Shown piece by piece: positions 49,830-60,225 of a stretch of DNA of 64,000 bases (position 1 is its first letter; each line of letters begins with the position of its first letter). Source of the stretch: Candidatus Bathyarchaeota archaeon (GTDB lineage Archaea; Thermoproteota; Bathyarchaeia; Bathyarchaeales; Bathycorpusculaceae); assembly GCA_963827165.1 (NCBI GenBank), contig CAWGZR010000005.1:224001-288000 (forward strand). Direction: 5' to 3'. The position numbers and the translations under genes were made by a program. The notes beneath the pieces are model-generated. The model ran no database searches and was not told where the DNA came from. It saw only the letters and a program-made list of their open reading frames with translations.

Positions 49830-50120
49830 CTAAGTTTTCAATCCTGCATTTCTTCTTTCAAGTTCTTCAATTTCTTTTCGTTTACCACGCATTTTGATGA
49901 CAAAAAAAACTGTAAAGCCTAAACCAAGAATTACGCTTACAGACAGACCGAACAAACTATTCGTTCGAAACGATGAATTTGCATTAATAGACAGAATCAG
50001 AAAACTAATTACCAAAAGACCAAAAAATCCCGCAGCGCTGAAGCTCAAAAAACGGTAAGCTTTGGCGTCCGCCTCAAGCTTTACAAGTTGAATTTGCAGC
50101 TCTTTATCCTTATCTTCCAA
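49830..50120 (-). CDS. Small two-TM hypothetical protein
   Basis: Two hydrophobic segments flanked by charged helices. Confidence 0.55.
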   Translation of the reverse strand: MEDKDKELQIQLVKLEADAKAYRFLSFSAAGFFGLLVISFLILSINANSSFRTNSLFGLSVSVILGLGFTVFFVIKMRGKRKEIEELERRNAGLKT

Positions 50121-50469
50121 GATGATTTGATCAAACTGATAAATTGCGCTTTTGGAATTTAAGCATGCACAAAAGTTTCCATTGAATGACCTACAAAAGG
50201 ACCTGTGGACAAAGACTTTACAATTTTTGGCGGTCGCTAGGATGCGTCTAAAAGTTTAAGCGAATCTACTTTAGAATAGCAATCAATACGTCGATGATCA
50301 TATCTTTATTGTGATGCGAACATTTATAGTCAAAGTTTACGTATTTTGATCTGCGGAATAGCACTGCAATGTGCAACCGGAAAGAAGAAGACCAGCAAAC
50401 TCGAAGATATTCGAGAAATGTGGGTCTTTGCTTCTGAGCCGGGCTGTGTTTGTGTCAGGTTGAGGAATC

Positions 50470-51372
50470 ATGACTGAAAGATTAAATATTATTATGGAAA
50501 GGCCATTTGAAGTGGATAGTTCAGAATACCCGTTCAAAGATAACTGGTTGTCTTATCGCGATGGCTACATTCATTATCTTGATGAGGGAAAGGGGCCTGC
50601 TGTTCTGCTTCTCCACGGAAATCCAACGTGGTCCTATATTTACAGAAATATCATCAAGGAATTGCAAGGAGAATGTCGCTTGATCGCTTTGGATTATCCG
50701 GGATTCGGGATGTCAAAAGCACCGTCCCAATATGGGTTTACGCCCCAAGAACAATCAGAGGCGGTCCTCGAATTAATCCGTCATTTGCAATTAAAAAACA
50801 TCGTCCTTGTGGTTCAAGATTGGGGTGGACCCATAGGTATGAACTATGCAGTTCAGAACAGATCAAACCTTCGCGGACTCGTGGTGATGAACACTTGGGC
50901 ATGGCCCGCATCATTTCTTCAAAGACTATTCTCCCTTGTAATGGGGGGATGGCCCATAGGCTACTGGCTTCAAACACACAGAAACTACTTCGCAAAAGCG
51001 ATGTTACCCGACGGAATTTCCCACAAGGAAAAGGTCACGCCTAGTTTGAGAGAAGCCTATACTGACCCATTTCCGACGGTGGACTCAAGAAAACCCACCT
51101 ATATTTTTCCCGGGCAGATAAGAAAAGCCCATGCGTGGCTGGGAAAGATTGAGTCAAAACTCCCGATTCTCGGAGACCTGCCAACACAAATTGTCTGGGG
51201 GGTAAAGAACGATCCAGGTTTCGGAGCTAAAGAATTAAAAAAGTGGCAAGGATTTCTAAAGATGCATGAAACTGAGACCCTTGATGATGCATCACATTCT
51301 GTTCAAGAGGATCGACCCGAACGCGTCGTCGCAGCTATTCGAAGAGTTCTAGAGAGAACTCAGGATAAATAG
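50470..51372 (+). CDS. Alpha/beta hydrolase, haloalkane dehalogenase-like
   Basis: LLLHGNPTWS, DYPGFG.S, QDWGG nucleophile, HSVQED. Confidence 0.88.
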   Translation: MTERLNIIMERPFEVDSSEYPFKDNWLSYRDGYIHYLDEGKGPAVLLLHGNPTWSYIYRNIIKELQGECRLIALDYPGFGMSKAPSQYGFTPQEQSEAVLELIRHLQLKNIVLVVQDWGGPIGMNYAVQNRSNLRGLVVMNTWAWPASFLQRLFSLVMGGWPIGYWLQTHRNYFAKAMLPDGISHKEKVTPSLREAYTDPFPTVDSRKPTYIFPGQIRKAHAWLGKIESKLPILGDLPTQIVWGVKNDPGFGAKELKKWQGFLKMHETETLDDASHSVQEDRPERVVAAIRRVLERTQDK

Positions 51373-51635
51373 AAGTAAGAAATTCGAAATATCTCGTTGC
51401 TAAGGTCACCTCTTACTGGGATCCAGCGTATTCAATTTTCGCCAGTATCATCGTAATTGCGACTCCTTGACACATACTTAGGAAACGCTAAAATTCCTTT
51501 TTAATGAATGAAAAGCGTAGCAACAAAGTGAACTGCTCTAGCATGACTAATGCGGCACTTCATCTCGTTCAAGCCTGAATTATGGGATTCGTTTAATAAA
51601 ATAGGCAAACCGCTAATTCTTTTGGAAAGAGCGAC

Positions 51636-51714
51636 TGGCGGGCCCGCTGGGATTTGAACCCAGGATTCTCGGCTCCGGAGGCCGATGCCTTAATCCGTGC
51701 TAGACTACGAGCCC
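51636..51714 (-). tRNA. tRNA-Arg(CCG), intronless, encoded CCA
   Basis: GGGCUCG/CGGGCCC acceptor stem, UCGGC-CUCCGGA-GCCGA anticodon arm, CUGGG-UUCAAAU-CCCAG T arm. Confidence 0.95.
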
Positions 51715-51766
51715 ACAGCCCACATTCATAAAACGAAAACAACTCAGCAAATTTAAAGTTAGCCGC

Positions 51767-52267
51767 TTACTCCTGAATTAACTCTGCGTTTATCCACCAT
51801 GCCTTCTTCTTACCCGACCGTTCCCCCGCGTAATATTCGATAACTGATTTTCCAGCTTGTTTTTTGCTGTTTTTTTGGATTCGTCGGAGACGATTGAGCA
51901 CAAGCCACCTGTTTGTTTTAAGGTATTCCGCTAACTCCGGCGTGGTTGCGCTTTTGTAGTGCATCAGGTACTCCATGATTTTATGATCTACCTCGTCAAG
52001 GCAGAAGCTATGCGGATTGGTTTTTCCATGCTCAAAAGTGAGAAGCTCCAAGTCAGCAAGGTACTTCTTTATTTGACCCAACTCTGATTCGATCTTTCCC
52101 ATTTTCTGTTCCAACGCCAAAACTTTGTCTGCCTTTGGGGTTTTCTCAAGCTTCTCGCTGATGGCTTCTCGAACAAAGCTGCTCCTGTCTCCTTCCGGAA
52201 TTCGCAGAGCCATCTCTTGGTAGATTTCTTCAGGTAACTTAACTGAAATGGTGCGTGTTTCACTCAA
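51767..52267 (-). CDS. Regulator with RHH, coiled coil and winged-helix domains
   Basis: TISVKLP...RSSFVREAI; central heptads; ATTPELAEYL....VLNRL. Confidence 0.78.
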   Translation of the reverse strand: MSETRTISVKLPEEIYQEMALRIPEGDRSSFVREAISEKLEKTPKADKVLALEQKMGKIESELGQIKKYLADLELLTFEHGKTNPHSFCLDEVDHKIMEYLMHYKSATTPELAEYLKTNRWLVLNRLRRIQKNSKKQAGKSVIEYYAGERSGKKKAWWINAELIQE

Positions 52268-52502
52268 CTTAGCGGTTCCTCACACCTGTCATATTTACAT
52301 CTGGATATTTCATTTTTTCCCCACTCAGCGCGGATTTTTGAAAACTTGAATGTGTGCCGGTCCAGCCTCAAAGCCATCGCTTGTCGCTGATTCATTTGAT
52401 AACTGGGCGTTCTCGATTGCGAGCACGAAGCAATACAAAACGTCATAATGCTCAGATGGATGGACGAGTACGCCGTTGAAAGAATCTAAAGGGAGGACAC
52501 GT

Positions 52503-53066
52503 TTACTCAGGGCAGATTGGTTGACCCGCCAACGTGGCTAGCTCTATGTACCTTTGCTCTACGATTTCATGCAGTTGGCTGCGAAGGACATCTCCAGCCA
52601 AGTTTTTCTCCTTTAGCTCGGCAACTTTCTTGGCAAGGTCTGTGTCACCGAGACTGTTTATCCATGCTGCGAAGTCGCCGCGATTCATGTGAAACTGCAG
52701 GGATTCCAAGGGGGCTTTTTCAACTTTGATGGCGAAATCCCGAAGGTTATGAGCATGGAGGTTAAGAGAGTTGCCGACGTCGAAGTAGAAGTGGAACGCC
52801 TTGTCATGCGGCGCATAAGCCAGAATCGCCTCGGCTTTTTCCTTGCTTATCGGGGGATTCTGGAGAGCTTCCTTTCCTTTCTGAGTTATTGTGTAAAGCC
52901 CCTTTTCAGGCGTACTCACGAATCCCATTTTCATGAGCCCCAAAATATGCATCATAGTGGGCTTGAAGTCTTTACCGCTTTCCTTAGCCACATCCGTGGC
53001 TTTCAAAGCTTTGTCGCTGCGCAACAGGGTTTCCAGTATTTCTTTTTTAAAAGGGGATAAACTCAT
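52503..53066 (-). CDS. Winged-helix protein fused to DUF5752 domain
   Basis: HILGLMKMGFV...YTITQKG wHTH; AFHFY...NLRDF...SLQFHMNRGDFAAWI..LGD..LA. Confidence 0.82.
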   Translation of the reverse strand: MSLSPFKKEILETLLRSDKALKATDVAKESGKDFKPTMMHILGLMKMGFVSTPEKGLYTITQKGKEALQNPPISKEKAEAILAYAPHDKAFHFYFDVGNSLNLHAHNLRDFAIKVEKAPLESLQFHMNRGDFAAWINSLGDTDLAKKVAELKEKNLAGDVLRSQLHEIVEQRYIELATLAGQPICPE

Positions 53067-53232
53067 TTGAAGGCACCTTGCCATTACAGCTATTCGCAAT
53101 TGTCCTAATCAAAGTTTTCCCCGTTAACCAATTCAAAACATCCATTTCGCAGGTTTTATGCTTCTATGATAGGGTTAAGTAAAGCTTTAGTATGGAGATT
53201 CCCAATGCTAAATGGTAAATGGTGAACATTGG

Positions 53233-54483
53233 TTGAAACTTGCTGTCTTCGTTTACGAATACCCTCCTAAAATCGTGGGTGGATTAGGAACATACGCTGC
53301 TGAAATAACACGGAAATTTGTTTTAGATGATCATGACGTAACGGTTTTTACGATGAATGATGACGCTGGCTCATTGCCTACCCGGGAGATTTGGCGCGGA
53401 ATCGAAATCCACCGTCCGCTCCACATAGATATATCCGATTCTTTGCCTGACGTGATTGCTGAAGACATCAAGAAATGGGGCAGAGGCCTGCATTTCTTCG
53501 GCAAACTCATGGTTTACAACTATTTGTCAGCGGCAAAACTCATCAACGAACTTATCAAGAAAGAAAACATGAAATATGACATTGTTGTGGCTCACGACTG
53601 GCTCTCAGCCATGGGCGGAATCACCGTTAAAAGAGAAACAGGCTTGCCGCTGGCTTTTCACGTGCATTCAACCGAGAAAGGTCGCACTTTAGGCAACGGC
53701 TCCAGTGTTGTAAGCAACATCGAGTTGCGTGCAGGCAAAATGGCTGACATGGTTGTCACAGTTTCTTTTGCAATGAAGGATGAGCTTATTCAGCTTGGTT
53801 TTCCACGCGACAAGATCCAAGTGAGCTATAACGGTGTTGATCCGCAAAAATACAATCCTGCAAACGTGTCTCCGGCTGATATTAAACGGGTAAGAACTAA
53901 ATACGGTATCGGCGATGACCAGCAGATGATTCTTTTCCTCGGCAGACTAGTAGGCGTCAAAGGCGTTGACAAACTCATAATGGCTCTGCCACACATCCTA
54001 ACAAAGATGCCGAACGCACGACTGGTAATTGTAGGCGTGGGCGACCTTCAAGAGTACCTCATGAACCTCACGCGGACAATGCGGCTTGATCAGTACGTTA
54101 AGTTCTGCTTTGACTTCATCCCAGAAGAAGAACGAATAATCCATTATGCAGCATGCGACATAGCAGTCTTTCCAAGCTACTACGAACCCTTCGGCATCGT
54201 CGCGCTCGAAGCCATGAGTATGGAAAAAACGGTGGTCGTTGGAGCCTCAGGCGTTAGTGGAATGCGCGAAATCGTCATATGTTGCGGCGAAGAACAATGT
54301 GGATTCCACGTTGACCCAAACAACCCCTCCGACATCGCATGGGGAGTGATAACCGCCCTAGAGAACCCTGAAAGACTCAAGTTGCTCGGCAAAAATGGCA
54401 GAAAAAGAGTGTTATCCGAGTTCACCTGGAGCAAAATCGCGGAAAAAACCATCGACCTCTATGAAACAATAATGAAACGTTGA
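53233..54483 (+). CDS. GT4 glycosyltransferase (glycogen synthase-like)
   Basis: EYPPKIVGGLG, AHDWL, HVHSTE.GR, NGVD, EPFGIVALEAM. Confidence 0.92.
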   Translation: MKLAVFVYEYPPKIVGGLGTYAAEITRKFVLDDHDVTVFTMNDDAGSLPTREIWRGIEIHRPLHIDISDSLPDVIAEDIKKWGRGLHFFGKLMVYNYLSAAKLINELIKKENMKYDIVVAHDWLSAMGGITVKRETGLPLAFHVHSTEKGRTLGNGSSVVSNIELRAGKMADMVVTVSFAMKDELIQLGFPRDKIQVSYNGVDPQKYNPANVSPADIKRVRTKYGIGDDQQMILFLGRLVGVKGVDKLIMALPHILTKMPNARLVIVGVGDLQEYLMNLTRTMRLDQYVKFCFDFIPEEERIIHYAACDIAVFPSYYEPFGIVALEAMSMEKTVVVGASGVSGMREIVICCGEEQCGFHVDPNNPSDIAWGVITALENPERLKLLGKNGRKRVLSEFTWSKIAEKTIDLYETIMKR

Positions 54484-54504
54484 TAACGATACATGGCGTC
54501 TTAA

Positions 54505-55113
54505 TTGGCTTACGACTTAAAAAACAAGGTTGCAAGGGAAGCAGCTACCCTACTCTATTTTGGGGCTGAAAAAGAATATAAGCAAGCTAAGACACGGGCA
54601 GCTCAAACTTTGGGAACGCATTTTTTGCCTTCTAACTTAGAAATCGCGCTTGAGCTCGACAAGATTGCGGAAGAAAACGAAGGCGAAAACAGGAAGGAAC
54701 GCCTCATAGAAATGCGAAGGGAAGCCCTGCAGGTGATGAAGCTTCTTGATGCTTACTGCCCCCTACTAATCGGCAGTGTTTGGCGAGGTAACATACGCAG
54801 AGGAAGCGACATAGACATCGCAGCCTACTCAGATGACCCAGATCAAATCATCAACCTTGTAAAAGACGCAGGGATAAAGGCTTCAAAAACAGCATGGACA
54901 ACTGTCAACAAACATGGTCGAACCCTCTCGTCGCTTCACATTCACGCTGAAACCCCTACAAAGCATGGACTTGAAATCGTAGTGCGCGCGTCCGAGCAGC
55001 AAAGTGAAAGGAGGAAATGCGAAATCTTTGGAGACGAAATCAAAGGTTTAACAATCAAAAATCTTGAGAGACTACTCAAAGAAAACCCCACACAAAACTT
55101 CATCCCTAATTGA
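54505..55113 (+). CDS. Nucleotidyltransferase-domain protein
   Basis: VAREAA.LLY, LIGSVWRG....SDIDI. Confidence 0.85.
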   Translation: MAYDLKNKVAREAATLLYFGAEKEYKQAKTRAAQTLGTHFLPSNLEIALELDKIAEENEGENRKERLIEMRREALQVMKLLDAYCPLLIGSVWRGNIRRGSDIDIAAYSDDPDQIINLVKDAGIKASKTAWTTVNKHGRTLSSLHIHAETPTKHGLEIVVRASEQQSERRKCEIFGDEIKGLTIKNLERLLKENPTQNFIPN

Positions 55114-55199
55114 ATTTTGGGCAAAAGCTGTTTTTTCTTCAAAAAAGAACTTAAACAACTAAATTCCATATTATATTTCAAATTTCAAATTGATGCCTA

Positions 55200-55604
55200 A
55201 TGGCCGCAGATAAAGAATCCATAAAAAAGATGTTTCCAAACCTCTTCAAAGAACTCGAAACTGGAGACGCCAAAGTCTCGATAGATGCCCTTCGCAAGAA
55301 CCCTGAAGAAGCTGAAGCGGACATAGTCGAATGCGCAGAGCAGGAAATTGAAGAAGTTGAATTCGAAACCGCCACCAAAACACCTGATAAACTGCGGCAT
55401 TTTAACCCATCCGCTGAAGATTTTATCCGTCGATGCGACACGCAAGAGCAGGCGAATGAAATCATCGATTACTTGGAGAAGAAAGGCGAATTGACCGAAA
55501 AATGCGCTCAGGAAATGAGATGTAAGCTTAAGAAAGAAGGTGTGCGAAGTTTTGGTCCCAAAAAAGAAGAGAACCATTATTTTAGGGAAGGCGGCATTTT
55601 CTAA
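55200..55604 (+). CDS. DUF2095-family protein
   Basis: KKMFPNLFKEL, P...DFIRRC.T...A.EIIDYLEKKGE, GVRSFG.KKE. Confidence 0.8.
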   Translation: MAADKESIKKMFPNLFKELETGDAKVSIDALRKNPEEAEADIVECAEQEIEEVEFETATKTPDKLRHFNPSAEDFIRRCDTQEQANEIIDYLEKKGELTEKCAQEMRCKLKKEGVRSFGPKKEENHYFREGGIF

Positions 55605-55813
55605 TTTTAGTTTTATCGTCAAGTGATAAAAGAAGCCAACCGTTTTGAAGGCTTCATGCATGAACTTCTGGTTATTTGGCGATTCATGCAATGGAGTGCT
55701 TAGTTCCTTTTCAGACGTTAACCTTGTTACCCATTTACAGCTTGTTTGATTTTCATGTCGGAAAACTAATAAGTGTCAAGTTTGTTGTACAAAAACTGGA
55801 AAATGGTGATATT

Positions 55814-56833
55814 ATGGCAATAAAAGTAGGAATTAACGGATTCGGAAGAATCGGAAGACTTCTTTACAGAGCAGCACTCGAACGTAATGCGGATATTGAT
55901 TTTGTAGCAATCAACGATCTTGCTGACGCCAAAACTAATGCGCATCTCCTCAAATATGACTCAATCCACGGACATTTCCCGGGCACAGTTGAAGTTGTCG
56001 GCAACGACATGGTTGTCAATGGAAAAACCCTCAAATGCCTCAGCGTAAAAGATCCAGTCTTACTACCGTGGAAAGACCTCGGAGTTTACCTAGCAGTGGA
56101 ATCGACAGGCTTGTTTACTAACCGCGAAGGCGCAAGCAAACATTTCCAAGCCGGAGCCAAAAAAGTCCTGATCAGCGCCCCAGCAGAAAACCCAGATGCA
56201 ACCTTTGTGTTGGGTGTAAATGACAAGTCATACGACCCAGAAAAACACAATATTCTAAGTAACGCTTCATGCACAACAAACTGCCTGGCACCAGTCAGCA
56301 AAGTATTAGCCGACAGCTTCGGCTTAGAAAGAGCTTTGATGACAACCTGCCACAGCTACACAAACGACCAAAAAGTCCAAGACCTTGTCCACAAAGACCC
56401 AAGAAGAGCCAGAGCTGCAGCAATCAACATCATCCCGACAAGCACAGGTGCTGCAAAAGCAATCGGATTAGTTTTGCCAAGTTGTGCTGGAAAAATGAAC
56501 GGCTACTCGTTGCGCGTGCCAACAGCAGACGTCTCTATAGTTGACTTAACGGCCATACTGAGCAAAGAAGTTACCAAAGAAGAAATTAACGCAGCTATGA
56601 AAACGGCCGCAGATGGCTCACTCAAAGGCATCCTACAGTACACGGAAGACCCAATCGTTTCAACCGACGTGTTACACAGCACCTATTCAGCCGTCTTCGA
56701 TGCACAATTAACCATGGTTCTAGGCGAAAAGAGCAACTTCGTTAAAGTCTTCGCATGGTATGACAACGAATGGGGCTTCAGCAACCGCATGGTTGAGTTC
56801 ATCGAAATGATCGGCAAAAAAGCAAAACTCTAA
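55814..56833 (+). CDS. gap: Class I (bacterial-type) glyceraldehyde-3-phosphate dehydrogenase
   Basis: [33 protein letters not shown]. Confidence 0.96.
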   Translation: MAIKVGINGFGRIGRLLYRAALERNADIDFVAINDLADAKTNAHLLKYDSIHGHFPGTVEVVGNDMVVNGKTLKCLSVKDPVLLPWKDLGVYLAVESTGLFTNREGASKHFQAGAKKVLISAPAENPDATFVLGVNDKSYDPEKHNILSNASCTTNCLAPVSKVLADSFGLERALMTTCHSYTNDQKVQDLVHKDPRRARAAAINIIPTSTGAAKAIGLVLPSCAGKMNGYSLRVPTADVSIVDLTAILSKEVTKEEINAAMKTAADGSLKGILQYTEDPIVSTDVLHSTYSAVFDAQLTMVLGEKSNFVKVFAWYDNEWGFSNRMVEFIEMIGKKAKL

Positions 56834-56918
56834 GCAAACAAGAAAGATAAATCTTCCTTTATCCTTTTCTTTTCAGTCTTGAAAATCAAGTAACAGCTAA
56901 CAAAGAGAAGTGAAGAAA

Positions 56919-58151
56919 ATGGCAAAATACAAAACACTCGATGACTTTGACGTAAAAAACAAGGTTGTTCTAGTCCGAGTAGACTTTAACTCAGAAATAG
57001 ATCCGGCAACCAAGAAAGTCACAAGTGATGTGCGAATAAGAGCACACGCAGAATCAACGCTAAAGGAACTGGCGGAGAAAGGCGCCAAAACCGTGGTTTT
57101 AGCCCATCAAGGGCGCAAGGACGATCCAGACTACACGACCCTCAAAGAACACGCAGCAATTCTTGGCAAAATCCTCAAATGTCCCGTAAAATACGTCGAT
57201 GACATTTTCGGTGAAAAAGCAAAAGCAGCCATCCGAAACCTGCAAGGCGGAGAAATCCTCGTTTTAGAAAATGTTCGCAGTTGGGACAAAGAAACCAAAA
57301 GCATGACACCTGAAGAAGCAAGCAAAACCGATTTGGTGCAGAACCTTGCGCCACTGGCAGACCTTTTTATTAATGACGCGTTTGCGGCAGCCCATCGGGG
57401 ACACGTTTCAATGGTTGGGTTCACCGCAGTTTTACCTTCGGCGGCGGGCAGGATTATGGAGCGCGAACTCAAGTCTCTGAGTCGTTCGCTTGAGAAACCC
57501 GAGCACCCCTGCGTCTATGTAATGGGCGGAGCCAAAGCGGATGACGCTCTCGAAATCTCAAAGTACGTTTTGGACAACGCCATCGCAGACTACATTCTCG
57601 TCGGCGGAGTCACCTCACAGTTGTTCATCGCAGCTCAAGACTTTGACTTAGGCAAGAAAACTCTGGATTTCTTGAACAAAAAAGAACTGACCACGTTCAT
57701 TCCAGGCATTAAGGAACTCATCTCAAAGTACCCCAGCAAAATTATTATTCCCACAGATCTGGCCTTGGACATTGATGGCAAACGCAAAGAAATCCCGGTC
57801 AGCAAGCTGCCAACTGATTACAGTATATTTGACATTGGAAAGAAAACAGTTGACGAATTCACACAAATCATCGCCAAAGCCAAATCCATAGTCGTCTCAG
57901 GACCAATGGGAGTCTACGAAAACAAAGAATTCAACTACGGAACCAAAGCCGTCTTCGAAGCCATCGCTAACAGCAAAGCCTTTAGCCTCGCAGGCGGCGG
58001 AAACACAATCGCAGCCATACAAGAATACGGTTTAACCAAAAAAATCAGCTACATAAGCACGGCGGGCGGAGCGCTCATTGAGTTCCTAATGGGCAAAAAA
58101 CTCCCAGGCGTAGTCGCACTGGAAACAGCAATAAAAACCAAAAAAATCTAA
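56919..58151 (+). CDS. pgk: Phosphoglycerate kinase
   Basis: RVDFNS, AHQGR, LENVR, DAFAAAHR, GGAK, STAGGA. Confidence 0.96.
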   Translation: MAKYKTLDDFDVKNKVVLVRVDFNSEIDPATKKVTSDVRIRAHAESTLKELAEKGAKTVVLAHQGRKDDPDYTTLKEHAAILGKILKCPVKYVDDIFGEKAKAAIRNLQGGEILVLENVRSWDKETKSMTPEEASKTDLVQNLAPLADLFINDAFAAAHRGHVSMVGFTAVLPSAAGRIMERELKSLSRSLEKPEHPCVYVMGGAKADDALEISKYVLDNAIADYILVGGVTSQLFIAAQDFDLGKKTLDFLNKKELTTFIPGIKELISKYPSKIIIPTDLALDIDGKRKEIPVSKLPTDYSIFDIGKKTVDEFTQIIAKAKSIVVSGPMGVYENKEFNYGTKAVFEAIANSKAFSLAGGGNTIAAIQEYGLTKKISYISTAGGALIEFLMGKKLPGVVALETAIKTKKI

Positions 58152-58174
58152 TTTCTTTCTTTTTTTTCTTAAAC

Positions 58175-58924
58175 TCAGCATGAGGCATGTGCGCTCGTAA
58201 TTTTATCGAAATTGTCAGAGATCCACTTCAGGTCTTCTGAGGTGAAATCGGGTTTTTGATGACTATTTGAAAGATCAGCCGAAGAGTTGAATTGGGAGGA
58301 AACGAACACCACTTTTATTCCGGCTTCTTTAGAGCCTTTAATATCTTCTATTGGACTGTCACCGATGTAAATTGCCTCAGTGGCTTGTGTATGAAGTTTC
58401 TTTAGAGTTTCTTGAAAAATCCGTGGGCTTGGTTTGCGCCAGCCATTATCGTCTGAAACCACAACTGCGTTGAAGTACGGGTTTATTCCTAGTTGACGCA
58501 GGCTTTTATAGATCACTGGGGCGAATGTGAAATTGGTGATTAATCCGATTTTGTAGTTGGCTTTTGTTTTTTTGAGAAGTTCTTTTGCGCCTTCTCTTAG
58601 CTCCAGTGTGTCTATGAAGTCTTGGAAGAAAACGTTCAGAGCAGCTTTCAGTCGGGAATCATCCGGCGTCACCTGAAACCCAAGGTTGCATAGAGCTTCG
58701 GCTACCCAGATTGCATTGGTTACTTCTCTTAGTTCTTCATACCGTACTTTTCGGTATTTCTCATGCGCATTGATGTAAGCAGACATGAACTCTTCTTCTG
58801 AAATGTCGAAGCCTTCCTTCACAAGCATCCTGTACAACTTAAGCCTTGACGATTCCATAGTGTAGTTTTTGCAGTTGACCAGCGTACCGACATAATCGAA
58901 TATTACCGCTTTAAGGCAACACAT
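58175..58924 (-). CDS. HAD-superfamily hydrolase
   Basis: IFDYVGTL, ITN, KP...IF, IGDS...DI.G. Confidence 0.9.
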   Translation of the reverse strand: MCCLKAVIFDYVGTLVNCKNYTMESSRLKLYRMLVKEGFDISEEEFMSAYINAHEKYRKVRYEELREVTNAIWVAEALCNLGFQVTPDDSRLKAALNVFFQDFIDTLELREGAKELLKKTKANYKIGLITNFTFAPVIYKSLRQLGINPYFNAVVVSDDNGWRKPSPRIFQETLKKLHTQATEAIYIGDSPIEDIKGSKEAGIKVVFVSSQFNSSADLSNSHQKPDFTSEDLKWISDNFDKITSAHASC

Positions 58925-59678
58925 CTTTTTTTTCTCTCTTCCTTGGCAAGACGAATTTTTCAGCGACTTCAAAAACCCCTCTTCCGACGCCCGTGCTCAT
59001 CAGCTTTGCTCCCTCGCCAATGGCATCTTCAACCTGCTGGTCAAAGGCGATTGCCCCAAGATATTTAAGCCCAAGTTTCTGCGTTTCCACTTGAACGCAG
59101 TTTGCCTTACCCATTTTCATGTTTTCCACTACACCGATAATGGGCATTTTTAATTCGCACAGGAGATTGGCCTGCTTTTTCACGGTTTCAAAGGCCAGCA
59201 TGGAAGGTGTGGTTACGATTAGGAACTCTATGCGTTTGACAAGTCGGACCAAATCGAGTACGGCGTCGCCGATGCCTGGGGGCATATCAATTATTAAAAA
59301 ATCCAGTGTGCCCCACTGCGTGACTGAGAGGAGCTCGATTAGGGCGTTTGAGACATCGGCTCCGCGGAGGGGTGCAGCTTTGTCTCCGACGAAGTAAATG
59401 AGGGACATGTATTCTATGCCGCAGACGGTTGGGGGAACTATGCCTTTTTCCTCGTTAAGGAGGGTTTTTTGGGCGCCGAGGATAATGTGGGTTGAGGGCC
59501 CTGTGAAGTCAAGGTCGAAGAGCCCAACTTTGCATCCCCTTTGGGCAAGTGTTAGTGCAAGTGCTGTTGCGACCATGCTTTTTCCAACTCCGCCTTTGCC
59601 ACTTGAAACTGCGATAATCCGGCTTATCCGACGTAAACGCTCATCAATCACGCTTGTTCGCGGGTCAGACACGCTCAT
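58911..59678 (-). CDS. Mrp/NBP35-family P-loop ATPase
   Basis: SGKGGVGKS, DLDFTGP, DMPPG.GD, VENM; ATGA-coupled to hypA. Confidence 0.92.
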   Translation of the reverse strand: MSVSDPRTSVIDERLRRISRIIAVSSGKGGVGKSMVATALALTLAQRGCKVGLFDLDFTGPSTHIILGAQKTLLNEEKGIVPPTVCGIEYMSLIYFVGDKAAPLRGADVSNALIELLSVTQWGTLDFLIIDMPPGIGDAVLDLVRLVKRIEFLIVTTPSMLAFETVKKQANLLCELKMPIIGVVENMKMGKANCVQVETQKLGLKYLGAIAFDQQVEDAIGEGAKLMSTGVGRGVFEVAEKFVLPRKREKKDVLP

Positions 59679-60073
59679 CTGGCTCCTTTTACGCTCTCGA
59701 GCCAAACGCCACGTCCGCTGGCGATTTCAAAGTCAGGGCTACCGCATTTCGGACACTTAATGTAGCTGTGGGCTACCTCGGGAACGAAATGGATAGCTTC
59801 AATAGTTTCTTTATCCACGCTTTTGCTATCAAAACCCCATGAAGTGCTGCAAACTCTGCATCGAAGCTCGCTCTTGGCCTTTAGTATGTGGAATTTTGTG
59901 CATTTGAAAAGCGGAGTTCTAAGCTCTGAAAGGGCGAAACGAAGAATGGGTCGTTCAACTTGCTGGAGTTCTCCGATTCTGATGGTGACTTCTAAAACTT
60001 CCTTGAGATTTTCCTTCTCAGCAATCTCTTTTGCCGAAGCTAAAACTGCTTCGGCAAGCGCCCATTCATGCAT
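59675..60073 (-). CDS. hypA: Hydrogenase nickel incorporation protein HypA
   Basis: MHEWALA, CRVC...CPKCGS, GRGVWL. Confidence 0.95.
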   Translation of the reverse strand: MHEWALAEAVLASAKEIAEKENLKEVLEVTIRIGELQQVERPILRFALSELRTPLFKCTKFHILKAKSELRCRVCSTSWGFDSKSVDKETIEAIHFVPEVAHSYIKCPKCGSPDFEIASGRGVWLESVKGAR

Positions 60074-60225
60074 AAACTCTCATAGCCGAAGGCATTTAAA
60101 AACAGTTTTGCAGGAAAACAAGTTTCAAAAGAAAAACTTTTGCCTTATGGTACCGCGCCGCCTTACCAACATTATTTTTCTTTTTTAGAAAGTTTTAAGG
60201 GGTTAACGTTGTATATTTTGAGCCG

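Noticed and set aside
41604-51714. Integrated element at the tRNA-Arg 3' end
   Set aside because: Accessory-looking genes abut the tRNA, but no integrase and no duplicate of the tRNA 3' end were found by eye
54505-55604. Nucleotidyltransferase plus neighbour as an MNT-HEPN toxin-antitoxin pair
   Set aside because: The neighbour is DUF2095-like with no Rx4-6H HEPN motif, and the NTase is longer than a minimal MNT
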